Below are positions 26,045 through 26,083 of a DNA stretch of 26,083 nucleotides, in pieces. Under the pieces are notes generated by a model. It was not told the DNA's origin. It was given only the letters and a program-made list of their open reading frames with translations, and did no database searches. The stretch spans positions 1-26,083 of the forward strand of contig JAVKMA010000357.1 in the NCBI GenBank assembly GCA_031538685.1, in the 5' to 3' direction. Every line of letters begins with the position of its first letter. Position 1 is the stretch's first letter. The translations under genes and the position numbers were made by a program. This stretch comes from Burkholderiaceae bacterium. Lineage in GTDB: Bacteria; Pseudomonadota; Gammaproteobacteria; Burkholderiales; Burkholderiaceae.

Positions 26045-26083
26045 ATGAAAAAAATTATTTCATGTGCGCTGGCACAAGGTAAT
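26045..26083 (+). CDS. Possible start of a gene running off the window (MKKIISCALAQGN...)
   Basis: ATG followed by an open frame to the window edge with an MKK start. Only 13 codons are visible. Confidence 0.3.
   Translation, partial: MKKIISCALAQGN

Overview
A 26-kb chromosomal housekeeping region, probably from a Betaproteobacterium (Burkholderiales-like; inferred from protein style and the yebC-purD adjacency). Gene order: mnmG(partial)-rsmG-parA-parB, with a parS-like palindrome over the rsmG start; a minus-strand glucose/mannose-type ABC operon (binding protein, two permeases, ATPase); yebC; purD; an RsmI-like methyltransferase; a PuuC-like aldehyde dehydrogenase; an RlmL-like methyltransferase; lon; ruvA; hscA; rodA; a FolM/pteridine-reductase-like SDR; and a 1118-aa protein made of two TPR-glycosyltransferase modules. 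The main non-coding feature is six intergenic copies of a 143-bp MITE-like element, with no transposase in the window. It has 12-bp terminal inverted repeats (GGGCACTTCTAT), 4-bp A/T-only target duplications and a rod-like fold. One copy has a 'perfected' 29-bp inverted repeat. Many 9-18-nt tandem micro-duplications lengthen conserved proteins in frame, and several genes are separated from their usual operons. All counts and alignments were done by eye, and family assignments are from recalled motifs, not database searches.
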